The notes under the pieces: model-generated | Told to the model about the DNA's origin: nothing | Databases searched by the model: none | The model's input: the letters and a program-made list of their open reading frames with translations, nothing else | Translations under genes and position numbers: made by a program | NCBI GenBank assembly: GCA_041750795.1 | Contig: JBGSYQ010000368.1 | Span: forward strand, 1-60,749 | Source: Pirellulales bacterium | GTDB taxonomy: Bacteria > Planctomycetota > Planctomycetia > Pirellulales > PALSA-1355 | Direction of reading: 5' to 3' | Length of the DNA stretch: 60,749 nt | In this document: positions 35,978 through 47,227 of the stretch, one piece after another | How positions within the stretch are numbered: position 1 is the first letter of the stretch | How the letters are laid out: each line of letters opens with the position of its first letter

Positions 35978-37622
35978 CACGCCAACAACAGGCCCCCCAG
36001 ACCCCCAACCAGATGGCGCCTTTGAGCGGCAATTGCGCGAGATGAACGAGGCGCTACTGGTATCCTCGGTCCGCCAGCACGAGTTGGCCGAGCAGGCGCA
36101 GAAGTCGGAACTGGCATTGGCAAAAGCCCTTGTCTACGCAGACGACATCATTGCGACCCTGCGAGAGCCGTTCGTGGTTCTTGACGACGACCTACGCGTT
36201 AAGACGGCGAATCGTTCCTTCTACGATTCGTTTCGCGTCTCGAAGGAGGAAACGGAGAACTACTTCGTATACGACTTGGGTAACGGCCAGTGGGACATTC
36301 CCGGCCTACGGACGTTATTGAATCGAGTGCTTTCCCGGAACCAATCCGTTTACGACTTCGAAGTTGAGCACTCCTTCCCGACGCTCGGTCACAAGACCAT
36401 GCTGCTCAACGCTCGGCCCTTTCCTCCAGATTCCCAACACCCTGAGTTGATCTTGCTCGCCGTGTATGACGTTTCTGCCGTAAGACAGCGGGCCAACGAC
36501 CTGGCCGAAGTCAACCGCCACAAGGACGAGTTTCTAGCGATGCTCGGTCACGAACTCCGCAATCCACTGGCTCCCATCTTGAACGCTGTGCAACTGCTTC
36601 GGCTTCAATCCGGCGAGAGCGCGCGTCAGCAACAGGCTCTCACCATCCTTGAGCGTCAAGTTGGGCAACTAGTACATCTGGTCGATGCTCTGCTGGAAGT
36701 GTCTCGCATTTCGACTGGTACGATTCATCTCCAGCGGGAGCAACTGGACATGCGGACTATTGTGGAACGTGGCGTAGAGACAGTCCGCGCCTTGATCGAG
36801 CAGCGAAGGCACGCACTCGACGTACGTCTCCCGCCTGCGCCCATTTGGATCGACGGCGACTCGACCCGTCTGGAACAAGTAGTCGTGAACTTGCTTAACA
36901 ACGCCGCGAAATACACGGACGAAGGCGGTCATATTTGGCTGAGCCTTCAGCAAGTGGGAAATGAGGCTGTTCTGCAAGTGCGGGATTCGGGTGTCGGCAT
37001 CGCCCCCGAGCTCATGCCGAGCATCTTTGACTTGTTCACGCAAGCCGAACGATCATTGGCCCGGTCACAAGGCGGGTTGGGCATAGGGCTAAGTGTGGTG
37101 CAACGGCTTGTGGAAATGCACGGGGGAAAGGTAGCGGCTAGCAGTGTCGTAGGGCAAGGCAGCCAGTTCGTCGTGCGTCTGCCAGTGGTGCTGTCTGTCG
37201 AACCGCGGCCGCCGTCCCCTCCCACCGAAGAGGCCATGCCAACCAGACCATCCTTGCGGGTGCTGGTGGTGGATGACAACGTCGATACCGCTACGAGTTT
37301 GGCGTTGCTTTTGAGAGACTTAGGGGATGATGTTCGGACCGCCCACGACGGCCCCGCCGCGCTGGAAGCGGCCCTCGATTATCGACCCGACGTGGCACTG
37401 TTGGACATTGGCTTGCCCGGACTCGACGGTCTTGAGGTAGCGAAGCGGATGCGTCAGCAACCGATTCTCCAGAATGTCGTGCTGGTCGCTATGACCGGCT
37501 ACGGGAAGGAGTCAGACCGGCAGCGTTCGCAGGAAGCCGGGTTCGATCACCACTTGGTCAAACCCATCAAGTTCGAGAAAGTACAAAAAATCTTAGCGAG
37601 CGTCTCGGACAAGGCGCGTTGA
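35970..37622 (+). CDS. PAS-histidine kinase-receiver hybrid
   Basis: GHELRNPL, NNAAKY, DSGVG, GGLGIGL, C-terminal REC; overlaps the ATPase stop. Confidence 0.92.
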   Translation: MDSTPTTGPPDPQPDGAFERQLREMNEALLVSSVRQHELAEQAQKSELALAKALVYADDIIATLREPFVVLDDDLRVKTANRSFYDSFRVSKEETENYFVYDLGNGQWDIPGLRTLLNRVLSRNQSVYDFEVEHSFPTLGHKTMLLNARPFPPDSQHPELILLAVYDVSAVRQRANDLAEVNRHKDEFLAMLGHELRNPLAPILNAVQLLRLQSGESARQQQALTILERQVGQLVHLVDALLEVSRISTGTIHLQREQLDMRTIVERGVETVRALIEQRRHALDVRLPPAPIWIDGDSTRLEQVVVNLLNNAAKYTDEGGHIWLSLQQVGNEAVLQVRDSGVGIAPELMPSIFDLFTQAERSLARSQGGLGIGLSVVQRLVEMHGGKVAASSVVGQGSQFVVRLPVVLSVEPRPPSPPTEEAMPTRPSLRVLVVDDNVDTATSLALLLRDLGDDVRTAHDGPAALEAALDYRPDVALLDIGLPGLDGLEVAKRMRQQPILQNVVLVAMTGYGKESDRQRSQEAGFDHHLVKPIKFEKVQKILASVSDKAR

Positions 37623-37849
37623 TGGCGTCGATACGCTCGGGCTAGTGTAGATGGTGGTCGTGCATGGCGCCGAGTGGCAGGATCAGGACGGTGCGTGTGC
37701 TATGAGCGAGGCGATTGGCGTGGCGGCGGCCACAGTGGTCGATCATTGAGCAGCAAGCGCGTTATTAGACCAGGCATTCGTCTGCTGGCCAGAGAGCTGC
37801 GCATTGTTGATCGGGTTTGTGTGGGGCGCTCGTTTGCTGTGCTTGGCTC

Positions 37850-37865
37850 TGGCATGTTCTTTGCC
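37850..37865 (+). promoter_or_regulatory. sigma54 promoter
   Basis: TGGCATG-TTCT-TTGCC upstream of 37946 and the mrp operon. Confidence 0.7.
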
Positions 37866-37945
37866 TTTTGCCCAGGTCAACTGCGGGCCGGTTCGAACCG
37901 CGCCGGCAGTCGAGGACGCTTGCCGCGGCCAAGAAAGGAGGAATC

Positions 37946-38251
37946 ATGCGCCGCCACATGACATTCGTATTTTGCACGGGCCTCGTACTTTCAGTTTGGA
38001 TGCCGTCACTAAACGTTTGTCCGGGCGGAGCGTGCCGAGCGCTGCTGGTTGGCTGCCTGTTGCTGTTGCTGGGGATGTTCGTGGAGGCGTTCTACGGCGT
38101 CAGCCGGAAATTTCGGCCGCGACGCACGTCGAAGAGGCAGCAAGTTCCCGCACAGGCCGCGAGATGGCCCAACGGCGGAAAGAACCGATTTTCCGGAAGC
38201 AACAAGGTCTGGTACACCCCCGACGAAGGGTTGTTCTTCGTCGACGACTGA
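37946..38251 (+). CDS. Hypothetical two-TM protein leading the mrp operon
   Basis: Strong AAAGGAGG RBS; two hydrophobic segments and a basic tail. Confidence 0.55.
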   Translation: MRRHMTFVFCTGLVLSVWMPSLNVCPGGACRALLVGCLLLLLGMFVEAFYGVSRKFRPRRTSKRQQVPAQAARWPNGGKNRFSGSNKVWYTPDEGLFFVDD

Positions 38252-38312
38252 CGTGGCCCGCCTGATGCCGCGCACGTGACGACCGAACAGACCTCGGGGA
38301 GCCTACCTGTCG

Positions 38313-40715
38313 ATGGGTTTGCTAGCAGCAGTACTTTCCGGGTTCGCACTGGCGCTGTTTGCACCGGGGCTGTATCGCGTTGCGCGCGGGCAAACGGGCT
38401 GGTTGCTCGCGCTATTGCCGCTGGGTCTGGCGTGCTATTTCGTCAGCCAGGCGAGCGCCATCGCGTCGGGAGCGACGATCAACGCACACTTTGCCTGGGT
38501 GCCGGCGTTGGGAGTCAACCTGTCGTTTTGTTTGGACGGATTGAGCCTGCTGTTTGCCCTGCTGATTACAGGGATCGGAACGTTGGTGTTCGTGTATGCC
38601 GGTGGTTATCTGGCCGGGCAGCCGCGACTGGGCCGGCTGTACACGTTTTTGCTGGTGTTCATGGCCTCGATGCTGGGACTGGTGCTCGCCGACAATCTGC
38701 TGGCGCTTTTCGTGTTTTGGGAGTTGACCAGTGTGAGCTCGTATCTGTTGATCGGCTTCGACCACGAACGCGAACGGGCCCGCGCGGCCGCCTTGCAAGC
38801 GCTGCTCGTCACGGGGGGCGGCGGTTTGGCGTTGCTGGCTGGCCTGCTGCTGTTAGGCCAGGCGGGCGGGAGTTGGGAGCTTTCGACGCTCGCGGACAAC
38901 GGGGGGCTTGGCGCACATCCGCTGTATGTGCCATGCCTGGTGCTGGTGCTGCTGGGCGCGTTCACGAAGTCGGCACAACTCCCCTTCCATTTCTGGCTGC
39001 CCAGCGCCATGGAAGCGCCGACGCCGGTCAGCGCTTACCTCCATTCGGCAACGATGGTTAAGGCGGGTGTGTACTTGCTCGCTCGGCTGAGCCCGGTGCT
39101 AGGCGGCACGAATCTCTGGTTTTTCGCGGTGTCCGGCGTGGGAGCAACCACCATGCTGATCGGGGCCTGTCTGGCGCTGAAGCAGACAGACCTCAAGCGC
39201 CTCTTGGCGTATTCGACAGTCAGCACGCTTGGCATGTTGACGCTTTTGCTCGGGTTGGGTGGCCGGCTGGCCGTCTACAGCGCCATGGCGTACTTGCTGG
39301 TCCACGCGCTTTATAAGGGCGCGCTGTTTCTCGTCGCCGGCGCATTGGATCACGCGACCGGCACGCGCGACGCGGAGCGTCTGGGCGGGCTAGGCCGCGC
39401 GATGCCGGTGACGGGCCTGGCGGCCGGATTGGCCGCTTTGTCGATGGCCGGATTGCCGCCGTTCTTCGGCTTTAGCGCCAAGGAATTGTGTTACGCAGCA
39501 ACCCAGATCGCACCGGCGGCAGCGTGGCTGACTGCCCTGACCGTGTTGGCAAATGCCTTGCTGGTGGCGGTAGCGGTGTTAGTCGGTTTGCGCCCGTTCT
39601 TCGGCAAGAGCCATGCGACGCCGCGGCGCGCGCATGAGGTCCCGCCGAGCTTGTGGCTGGGCGCGCTGACACTGGCCGTGCTCGGCCTGGTCTTCGGCGT
39701 TCGGCCCGCGTTGGGACCGGACCTGTTGGTTGGCGCGGCGAGCACATCTGTATTGGGGCAATCGGCGGAAATGCGATTGGCATTGTGGCACGGGCTGACT
39801 CCCGAGTTGGCGCTAACTGGCATCACGCTGGTCGGCGGTTTCGGCGCTTACCGGTCGCGGAAATTGCTGCGCGAGGCCGCGTCGCGATGGAATGTGGTCA
39901 GTGGCTGGGGGCCTGCCGGTTGGTATGAGCTGCTGCTACGGGGATTGAACGGACTGGCGCTGGGGCAAACCCACTTGTTGCAAAGCGGCTATCTGCGGTA
40001 CTACTTGCTGATCATTCTGGCAACAACTCTCGGGCTGGCGGGAGCGGCGTTCGCACGGAGCGGCGACTGGGTCGCGTCGGCGGATTGGTCGAATCTGCAC
40101 TTCTACGAAGCCGGTCTTGCTGCGCTGATTGTGATGGCAGCTGCCGTGGCGCTGCTGGTCCGTTCGCGCCTGGCCGCGATCGCCGCGCTGGGCGTGGTTG
40201 GCTATGGCGTGGCGCTGGTCTTTGTCGTATTCGGCGCGCCGGATGTGGCCATGACTCAGTTTCTGGTCGAGACGCTGACCGTCATTCTGTTCGTGCTGGT
40301 GTTTTATTACTTGCCGGAGACGACGGTGGTGTCCGGCGTCTTGGCCCGAGCGCGGGACGCTGTGGTGGCTGCGGCCGTGGGCGTTCTGATGACGGCGTTG
40401 GTGCTGATCGCCTCCAGCGTCCAGTACAGTCCGTCGATTTCGACGTACTACTCGGAGCAGAGTCTGCCCGCGGCGCACGGCCGCAACGTCGTCAACGTAA
40501 TTCTGGTGGACTTTCGCGCGCTGGATACGCTTGGGGAGATTACGGTTCTGGCAATAGCGGGAATCGGGGTATACGCCCTGTTGAAGCTTCGTCCCGCCAA
40601 GAATGGCGACAGGGATTCGAGCGTCGCAGACGCCCTTGGCACGCGTTCCAACAAGAATGCGGGGCCGGACGTGCAGTTCTTCCAGGCGGACTCAACCGTC
40701 GAGGCGCCCAAGTGA
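38313..40715 (+). CDS. mrpA: Mrp Na+/H+ antiporter subunit A
   Basis: [43 protein letters not shown]. Confidence 0.95.
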   Translation: MGLLAAVLSGFALALFAPGLYRVARGQTGWLLALLPLGLACYFVSQASAIASGATINAHFAWVPALGVNLSFCLDGLSLLFALLITGIGTLVFVYAGGYLAGQPRLGRLYTFLLVFMASMLGLVLADNLLALFVFWELTSVSSYLLIGFDHERERARAAALQALLVTGGGGLALLAGLLLLGQAGGSWELSTLADNGGLGAHPLYVPCLVLVLLGAFTKSAQLPFHFWLPSAMEAPTPVSAYLHSATMVKAGVYLLARLSPVLGGTNLWFFAVSGVGATTMLIGACLALKQTDLKRLLAYSTVSTLGMLTLLLGLGGRLAVYSAMAYLLVHALYKGALFLVAGALDHATGTRDAERLGGLGRAMPVTGLAAGLAALSMAGLPPFFGFSAKELCYAATQIAPAAAWLTALTVLANALLVAVAVLVGLRPFFGKSHATPRRAHEVPPSLWLGALTLAVLGLVFGVRPALGPDLLVGAASTSVLGQSAEMRLALWHGLTPELALTGITLVGGFGAYRSRKLLREAASRWNVVSGWGPAGWYELLLRGLNGLALGQTHLLQSGYLRYYLLIILATTLGLAGAAFARSGDWVASADWSNLHFYEAGLAALIVMAAAVALLVRSRLAAIAALGVVGYGVALVFVVFGAPDVAMTQFLVETLTVILFVLVFYYLPETTVVSGVLARARDAVVAAAVGVLMTALVLIASSVQYSPSISTYYSEQSLPAAHGRNVVNVILVDFRALDTLGEITVLAIAGIGVYALLKLRPAKNGDRDSSVADALGTRSNKNAGPDVQFFQADSTVEAPK

Positions 40716-40770
40716 AGCGATCCGTCCAACTTCTCGTTTCGCGCGGCAGGGTCAGTAAAGGAAGCCAACG

Positions 40771-41178
40771 GTGACTTCGCTCATTCTGAGAACGGTGACG
40801 CGCTTCATGTTGCCTTTGTTGTTGCTTTTCTCGCTGCTGCTGTTGCTGCGGGGGCACAACGAACCCGGCGGCGGGTTCAGTGGGGGACTGGTGGCGGCTT
40901 CGGCCTTCGTGCTCTATGGACTTGCCTACGGCGTGGCGGCGGTGCGGCGGGCCTTGCCGGTACAGATGTGGACGCTGACCGGCCTCGGACTGTTGGTGGC
41001 GGTTGTCAGCGGCGTGCTGTCGCTGTTGGCGGGATTTCCTTTCATGACGGGCATGTGGTTGCCGCTGCCGGGATTCAACCATCTGATGATGGGCACGCCT
41101 TTCGTTTTTGACGTGGGCGTTTACCTGGTTGTGGTGGGCGTCACCCTGGCAATCATTTTTCCGCTGACGGAGGAGTGA
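40771..41178 (+). CDS. mrpB: Mrp antiporter subunit B
   Basis: [22 protein letters not shown]. Confidence 0.93.
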   Translation: MTSLILRTVTRFMLPLLLLFSLLLLLRGHNEPGGGFSGGLVAASAFVLYGLAYGVAAVRRALPVQMWTLTGLGLLVAVVSGVLSLLAGFPFMTGMWLPLPGFNHLMMGTPFVFDVGVYLVVVGVTLAIIFPLTEE

Positions 41179-41179
41179 G

Positions 41180-41527
41180 ATGGCTACGGTGTTGGCAATT
41201 GTCATTGGCTGTTTGTACGCCGCAGGCATCTACATGATGCTGCGGCGCAGCTTGTTCAAATTGATTCTCGGACTGGTGTTGCTGTCGCACGGGGCCAATT
41301 TGTTGATTTTCACGGCGGCCGGGCTTACGCGCGCGCAACCCCCCATTATTCCGCCTGGGGCGACCGTGCCGATGGTGCCCGCGGCAGACCCGTTGCCCCA
41401 GGCGCTGATTCTGACCGCCATCGTGATTGGCTTCAGCGTTCTGGCGTTTGCCTTGGTGTTGTTCCACCGCACCCACCAGACGATCGGCAGCGACGATCCG
41501 GATGAGCTGAAGGTGAGCGATCAATGA
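41180..41527 (+). CDS. mrpC: Mrp antiporter subunit C
   Basis: [16 protein letters not shown]. Confidence 0.95.
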   Translation: MATVLAIVIGCLYAAGIYMMLRRSLFKLILGLVLLSHGANLLIFTAAGLTRAQPPIIPPGATVPMVPAADPLPQALILTAIVIGFSVLAFALVLFHRTHQTIGSDDPDELKVSDQ

Positions 41528-43053
41528 ACGTACTATTGGTGTTACCGCTGGTGCTTCCGCTGACGACGGCGGCCCTCTCGCTACTTGCCTGGCGCTGGCT
41601 GGTGCTGCAGCGTGTCATGGGAGTGGCCGGCACGGCGGCGCTGTTCGGCTCAGGAGTCGCGCTGTTGGCTTTTGTGTGGACAAACGGCATTTGTGCAACG
41701 CAGATAGGGTCCTGGCCCGCGCCCTTCGGCATTACGATCGTGGCCGACCTGTTTAGCGCCATGATGGTGGTCCTGGCGGGATTGATCGGCCTGGCGGTTG
41801 CCGTGTACTCGCAGGCCAGCATGGATTCGCCGCGCGAGTCGTTCGGCTATTACCCACTGTTGCACACGCTGCTGATGGGAGTGTGCGGCGCGTTCTTGAC
41901 TGGCGATTTGTTCAATCTGTACGTGTGGTTCGAGGTCATGCTGATGGCGTCGTTCGTGTTGTTGACCTTGGGCGGAGAGCCGGACCAACTGCGCGGAGCG
42001 ATCAAGTACGTCACATTGAATCTGCTGGCGTCGGCCATTTTTCTGGCGGCGGTTGGCATCCTGTACGGCGTGGCCGGAACGCTGAACATGGCCGATCTGG
42101 CGCACAAGTTGAACGGCGTAGCCCAAGGGGGAACGTTGACCGTGCTGGCAATGTTGTTCTTGATCGCGTTCGGGATCAAGGCGGCCGTCTTCCCGCTGTT
42201 CTTCTGGCTGCCGGCCTCCTACCACACGCCGCCGGTGGCGGTGTCCGCTGTGTTCGCCGGGCTGCTCACCAAGGTTGGGGTATACGCGTTGGTACGGGTG
42301 TTCACGTTGCTGTTCGTTCAGGATGCAGGCTACACGCACACGCTGATCCTCGTCGTCGCCGGACTGACGATGGTGACCGGAGTACTGGGCGCCGCCGCGC
42401 AGCACGACTTTCGGCGTATCTTGTCGTTCCACATCATCAGCCAGATCGGCTACATGATTATGGGGCTCGGGCTGGCTGGGCTGACCGGCTCTGGAGAGCT
42501 GGCGACCTTGGCGCTGGCGGGCTCAGTCTTCTACATCGCGCACCACATCATCGTGAAGACGAACTTGTTTCTGCTATGCGGCGTAACGCGGCAGCTGTGC
42601 GGCTCTTTCGAGCTGAAGGACATGGGTGGTCTCTATCGAGATCGGCCCGTCATCGCGATGTTGTTCTTGATTCCGGCACTTTCGCTGGCGGGAATGCCGC
42701 CGCTGTCGGGCTTCTTCGCCAAGCTGTCGCTCGTGCAGGCCGGACTTGGCATGGGACAGTACGCGATCGTCGCCGCGGCGCTCGTGGTGGGCCTGCTGAC
42801 GCTGTTCTCAATGAGCAAGATCTGGGCGGAGGTCTTTTGGAAGCCGCTGCCCGCGGGCACGGATGGAGATGGCAAACTGCCGAAATTGACCAGTCCGCAA
42901 AGCAGCTCGCTGCTGCTGCCGATTGTCTTGCTGGCGGGTTTGACCGTGGGCATCGGTCTGGCTGCCGAGCCGGTCTTCGCATTGGCGACGCGTGCAGCAG
43001 ATCAATTGATCGACCGGCAGCAATACATTCAAGCCGTGTTGGGAGAAACGTGA
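41524..43053 (+). CDS. mrpD: Mrp antiporter subunit D
   Basis: [30 protein letters not shown]. Confidence 0.95.
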   Translation: MNVLLVLPLVLPLTTAALSLLAWRWLVLQRVMGVAGTAALFGSGVALLAFVWTNGICATQIGSWPAPFGITIVADLFSAMMVVLAGLIGLAVAVYSQASMDSPRESFGYYPLLHTLLMGVCGAFLTGDLFNLYVWFEVMLMASFVLLTLGGEPDQLRGAIKYVTLNLLASAIFLAAVGILYGVAGTLNMADLAHKLNGVAQGGTLTVLAMLFLIAFGIKAAVFPLFFWLPASYHTPPVAVSAVFAGLLTKVGVYALVRVFTLLFVQDAGYTHTLILVVAGLTMVTGVLGAAAQHDFRRILSFHIISQIGYMIMGLGLAGLTGSGELATLALAGSVFYIAHHIIVKTNLFLLCGVTRQLCGSFELKDMGGLYRDRPVIAMLFLIPALSLAGMPPLSGFFAKLSLVQAGLGMGQYAIVAAALVVGLLTLFSMSKIWAEVFWKPLPAGTDGDGKLPKLTSPQSSSLLLPIVLLAGLTVGIGLAAEPVFALATRAADQLIDRQQYIQAVLGET

Positions 43054-43532
43054 TGAGTGCTTTCCTGTGGAACCTGGCGATGGCCGTGGCTTGGGCAGTT
43101 GCAACGGGAACGTTCACGCTGGCGAACCTGGCCGTTGGTTTCGGCCTGAGCTTTCTGATCCTGTTGTTCGCCCAGCCCTTCCTCGGCGGCTCGGGCTACT
43201 TTGCCAAAGTGCCGCAGGTGATTCGCTTTGCCATGTTCTATTTGTGGCAACTGATTCTGTCGAACTTCCGCGTGGCGTACGACGTGGTCACCTTGACGCA
43301 CCACATGCGGCCGGGGGTGATTGCCGTGCCGCTGGACGCCCAAACCGACGCTGAAATCACTCTGCTGGCCAACCTGATTACGCTGACGCCCGGCACGCTC
43401 AGCCTGGATCTGTCGCCGGACCGGCGGGTGCTCTACGTCCACGTAATGTACATCGACAACGGCGACGTGGAAGAGGCGCGAAGACAGATCAAGGCGGGTA
43501 TCGAGCGCCGGGTCCTCGAGGTGCTGCGATGA
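43053..43532 (+). CDS. mrpE: Mrp antiporter subunit E
   Basis: [12 protein letters not shown]; true start MSAFLWN overlaps the mrpD stop. Confidence 0.93.
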   Translation: MSAFLWNLAMAVAWAVATGTFTLANLAVGFGLSFLILLFAQPFLGGSGYFAKVPQVIRFAMFYLWQLILSNFRVAYDVVTLTHHMRPGVIAVPLDAQTDAEITLLANLITLTPGTLSLDLSPDRRVLYVHVMYIDNGDVEEARRQIKAGIERRVLEVLR

Positions 43533-43816
43533 TTCTTGGCGGAGTTACCTTGCTGGAAGGAGCGGCCGCGTTGGCGATGGCGATGACGGGGCTGTCGATG
43601 TTTTTCACCCTCTGGCGGTTGTATCGCGGTCCCAGCCTGCCCGACCGGGTCGTGGCGCTCGACCTGATCGGCACGATGGCGGTCGGCATCATCGCGGCTT
43701 ACGACGTCCTCACAGAACAGCCGATCCTGCTCGACGCGGCCACCGTGGCGGCTCTAGTGGCGTTTCTGGGAACGGTGGCCTTCGCACGTTACGTGGAAAG
43801 ACGAGGTATTGAATGA
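43529..43816 (+). CDS. mrpF: Mrp antiporter subunit F
   Basis: GPSLPDRVVALD. Confidence 0.93.
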   Translation: MILGGVTLLEGAAALAMAMTGLSMFFTLWRLYRGPSLPDRVVALDLIGTMAVGIIAAYDVLTEQPILLDAATVAALVAFLGTVAFARYVERRGIE

Positions 43817-44157
43817 GTGATCTGTTGAGCGCGGCGTTACTGGTGATCGGCGGGATCTTCATGCTTTTGGCGGGTGTTGGTGTCTTGCGCATGCCCGATT
43901 TGTTTATGCGCATGCAGGCTGCCACCAAGGCGGCAACGTTAGGGGCGGGCTGCATGCTGCTGGCCGTGGCGGTGCATTTCGGAGAGCTGACCGTCGTGAC
44001 GCGCGCCTTGCTGGTGACGGCGTTTGTTTTTATGACCGCACCGGTGGCGGCCCACATGATCGCTCGCGCGGCATACTCAGTCGGCACGCCGCTCTGGGAA
44101 GGCACCATCGCCGACGAACTGCAATCCGCCCGCGCTCCCGACACGCAGGAAAATTGA
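43813..44157 (+). CDS. mrpG: Mrp antiporter subunit G
   Basis: RMPDLFMRMQAATKAATLG, TAPVAAH. Confidence 0.93.
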   Translation: MSDLLSAALLVIGGIFMLLAGVGVLRMPDLFMRMQAATKAATLGAGCMLLAVAVHFGELTVVTRALLVTAFVFMTAPVAAHMIARAAYSVGTPLWEGTIADELQSARAPDTQEN

Positions 44158-44230
44158 CCGCGTGATCGACCGAGCGCCGAGCGCGCCGCCATCGATATGA
44201 GTTTCCCGCCCGCGAAGCAAGAATCGTGCG

Positions 44231-44246
44231 CGGCACATCATTTGCT
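44231..44246 (+). promoter_or_regulatory. sigma54 promoter
   Basis: CGGCACA-TCAT-TTGCT upstream of the Rieske gene. Confidence 0.7.
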
Positions 44247-44311
44247 GTGTCTCCCGCACAATTCTTGCCCCTTGGGACCGTCGGATCGTCGTCCCCGACA
44301 TCGAGGCCGCA

Positions 44312-44788
44312 ATGAGACGCAGAACTCTGCTGGGATTGCTTGTTTCGGGAGCCAGCCTGCTCGTGGCAGGTGTTGTGGGCATCCCCGCGGTGATCACGGG
44401 CTTGTCGCCGGCGCTGCGGCCGCCGCGGCAAGAGACCTGGCGATCGATCGGTCGGCTGAGCGATTTTCCGACGGGCGCCGTTGGTATGGGCATCGTTGTT
44501 GGCGATACCACGGTTTGGCCCCGGTCGTTTCGCAGCCAGGCCGTGTTCGTCTCGCGACAAACCGATGACGATGTTGTCGTTTTTTCGCGAAGCTGCACTG
44601 ATTTAGGCTGTCCGCTGACCTACGACCCGGGCAGCACGTGTTTCTTCTGTCCCTGCCACGGCGGCATCTTCGCTCAAGATGGCACGCGCCTGGCAGGCCC
44701 TCCCAAGGGGCCGATGTATCGCTACGCCCACCGCATCCGCGACGGCGTGCTGCAGATCGACTTGTCCTCAATACCTCCAAGCGCCTAA
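44312..44788 (+). CDS. Rieske Fe-S subunit of a bc-type complex (CTDLGC variant)
   Basis: Tat-like RRRTLL, CTDLGC and CPCHGG boxes, GPP. Confidence 0.85.
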   Translation: MRRRTLLGLLVSGASLLVAGVVGIPAVITGLSPALRPPRQETWRSIGRLSDFPTGAVGMGIVVGDTTVWPRSFRSQAVFVSRQTDDDVVVFSRSCTDLGCPLTYDPGSTCFFCPCHGGIFAQDGTRLAGPPKGPMYRYAHRIRDGVLQIDLSSIPPSA

Positions 44789-46219
44789 ATGAGGCAAACC
44801 GTGCTGTCCAAGATGCTGCGCTGGGTTGTGGATCGCTTCGGGCTGGGGCCGATTTGGGACAACGTTCTCGATCGGCAGGTGCCCAAGGATCCGTGGTATC
44901 ACGGTGATGGTATGGCGCTGCTCGTGCTACTGACGATGCTGGTGGTCACCGGCATTGTCCTGGCACTGGGTTACTGCCCGGCGATCGACGAGGCCTATCA
45001 GAGCGTGGAATACATCACCCATGCACAGACGCTGGGATGGTTCGTCCGCGGCCTGCACTATTGGTCGGCCGGCCTGATGGTGGTCATGCTGTTTCTGCAC
45101 TTCTGTCGCCAGGTGCTTTTGGGTGGCTACAAGGCGCCGCGCGAGGCGACCTGGCTGGTCGGCGTCTTCCTGCTATTCATTGTGCTGACCACGTCACTGT
45201 TGGGCTACGTCCTCCGCTGGGACGAACGCGGTTATTACGGGCTGCGCGTCGTGTTGTCAGCGTTCCAGAACGTCCCATACGTCGGTGATCGAATGGTCCT
45301 GCTCGCGCAGGGCGGCCCCGAAATCACCTCGCTCACGTTGACGCGCGTGTTTGCCACGCACGTAGTGTTGGTGCCGCTGTTGCTGTTGTTGTTGGTCGGC
45401 TATCACGTCTATCTCGTGATCTTGCACGGGACAACGACGATGGGCGAACGCAAGGAGCCAATCGACACCGTCGAAGAACAGCGTGAGCTGTACCACGAGC
45501 AGGCAGAGCACCCGGTGAAAGGCGAGGTATTTTTCCCGACGGCGGTAATCAAAATATCGCCCTGGTCGCTGATCGTCGTCACGTTGGCGGTCGGTCTGAC
45601 GCTCGCGGTCGGTCCGCCGGAACTGATGCAGCCGGCCAACGAGACGGCGGCGACCACGGCGAGCGAGGAGTGGTGGTTTGCCTGGTACAGCGCCCTGATC
45701 GCGCTGCTGCCGCCGGCGGTAGCGCCGACGTTCCAGTGGCTGTTTCCCGTGGCGTTGTTCGTGTTGCTGATCCTGTTGCCCTTTGTGGATCGTTCGCCGC
45801 ACCGGGGCTGGCGCAAGCGCCCTCTGGCCACGACGCTCGTCATCGTGCTGATCCTTGCAATCCTTGGCTTGAGTTGGCTGCGTCATCGGTCGCCGTGGAC
45901 GGGTTGGCCCGCCGCCGAGGCGCCCTCGGTGCCGCGGGGCGTGATCCTGGCGGCGGATGCGGAACAGGGGCGATTGCTGTTCCCGAAGTACGGCTGCTCG
46001 AGTTGCCATGCGGTCGCCGGCCTCGGGCGGTCGCAAGTCGGACCGGACCTGGCTCGGATGGACCACATGTATTCCCAGGCGGAACTGCGGGAATACGTTC
46101 TACATCCGCCCGCAGGTGTCGCAATGCCCAGTTACGCTGGCCATCTGGAAGGCAACGATTTGGAGCGAGTCGTTGCTTTCGTGCTGGTCGCTCAAACCTT
46201 CCCACGAAACATCGAGTAG
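44789..46219 (+). CDS. Cytochrome b fused to a C-terminal cytochrome c
   Basis: RGLHYW...LH and ATH...YH heme-b His pairs; CSSCH. Confidence 0.9.
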   Translation: MRQTVLSKMLRWVVDRFGLGPIWDNVLDRQVPKDPWYHGDGMALLVLLTMLVVTGIVLALGYCPAIDEAYQSVEYITHAQTLGWFVRGLHYWSAGLMVVMLFLHFCRQVLLGGYKAPREATWLVGVFLLFIVLTTSLLGYVLRWDERGYYGLRVVLSAFQNVPYVGDRMVLLAQGGPEITSLTLTRVFATHVVLVPLLLLLLVGYHVYLVILHGTTTMGERKEPIDTVEEQRELYHEQAEHPVKGEVFFPTAVIKISPWSLIVVTLAVGLTLAVGPPELMQPANETAATTASEEWWFAWYSALIALLPPAVAPTFQWLFPVALFVLLILLPFVDRSPHRGWRKRPLATTLVIVLILAILGLSWLRHRSPWTGWPAAEAPSVPRGVILAADAEQGRLLFPKYGCSSCHAVAGLGRSQVGPDLARMDHMYSQAELREYVLHPPAGVAMPSYAGHLEGNDLERVVAFVLVAQTFPRNIE

Positions 46220-46222
46220 TCC

Positions 46223-47227
46223 ATGCGCATTGCCGTCGCTCAGTGGCATGTTGGTGTGGCGCTGTTGGCCGCAGTGTTCCTGGCTGGCTGCGCCGGCGAG
46301 TCCAATCAATCGGCAATGGACCCGGCCGGCCCGGCGGCGGCGGAGATCGCCTGGCTGTGGTGGATTATGTTTTGGGTTTTCACGGCGGTGTTCGTGCTGG
46401 TCATGCTGCTATTGCTGGGCGCGTTGTACGGCAAACGCGATCGAAGCAACGATGACCAGGCGCAGCCCCCGTTGGGACCAAACGGCTTCATCGTGGCGGG
46501 GGGCTTTCTGCTGCCGATCATGGTCGTGACGCCGCTCTATCTCCTGTCGCTCAAGACGTCGGCGTCGATCGGTCCGCCGCGAGAAGCGCTGACCGTCCGT
46601 ATTGTCGGCCATATGTGGTGGTGGGAAGTTCGCTATCCGGAGCAGGACATCGTAACCGCCAATGAAATTCACATCCCGGCCGGCCAGCCGGTGCGGCTGG
46701 AATTGGCCAGCGCCGACGTGATCCACAGCTTCTGGGCGCCGCGACTGCACGGCAAGCGCGATCTGATTCCCGGCGTGGAGAACGTGTTTTGGATCGAGGC
46801 CGACGAGCCCGGGATCTTCCGCGGTCAATGCGCGGAGTACTGTGGCACGCAACACGCGAATATGGCGTTCCAGGTGATTGCACTGCCGGCGGACGAGTTC
46901 GACGCCTGGCTGGCCGAGCGGTCGAATCCGGCGGTCGATCCGGCGGTGGCGCAGGCGCGGCGCGGGTTCGAGGTCTTCATGAGCGCCGGCTGCGCCCAGT
47001 GCCACGCCGTGCGCGGCACACCGGCCAACGGCAACGTCGGGCCCGATCTTTCGCACATTGGCAGCCGCCAAATGATCGGCGCGGCGATGCTGTCGAACAC
47101 GCGCGGCAATCTGATGGGTTGGATTGCCGACCCGCAGGCCATCAAGCCGGGGGTCAAGATGCCTCGCACTTATCTCGACGGGGACAGCCTGCTGGCACTT
47201 GTCGTGTACCTGGAGGGCCTCCGATGA
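46223..47227 (+). CDS. coxB: Cytochrome c oxidase subunit II with cytochrome c domain (caa3 type)
   Basis: Lipobox LAGC, HSFW, CAEYCGTQHANM (CuA), CAQCH. Confidence 0.93.
   Translation: MRIAVAQWHVGVALLAAVFLAGCAGESNQSAMDPAGPAAAEIAWLWWIMFWVFTAVFVLVMLLLLGALYGKRDRSNDDQAQPPLGPNGFIVAGGFLLPIMVVTPLYLLSLKTSASIGPPREALTVRIVGHMWWWEVRYPEQDIVTANEIHIPAGQPVRLELASADVIHSFWAPRLHGKRDLIPGVENVFWIEADEPGIFRGQCAEYCGTQHANMAFQVIALPADEFDAWLAERSNPAVDPAVAQARRGFEVFMSAGCAQCHAVRGTPANGNVGPDLSHIGSRQMIGAAMLSNTRGNLMGWIADPQAIKPGVKMPRTYLDGDSLLALVVYLEGLR

Noticed and set aside
41883..43052. Long ORF-track extensions of mrpE (from 41883) and oxidase subunit I (from 46789), and long antisense ORFs such as 27630-28802 and 20393-21325
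   Set aside because: Shadow frames of GC-rich genes; the real starts overlap upstream stops at 43053 and 47224
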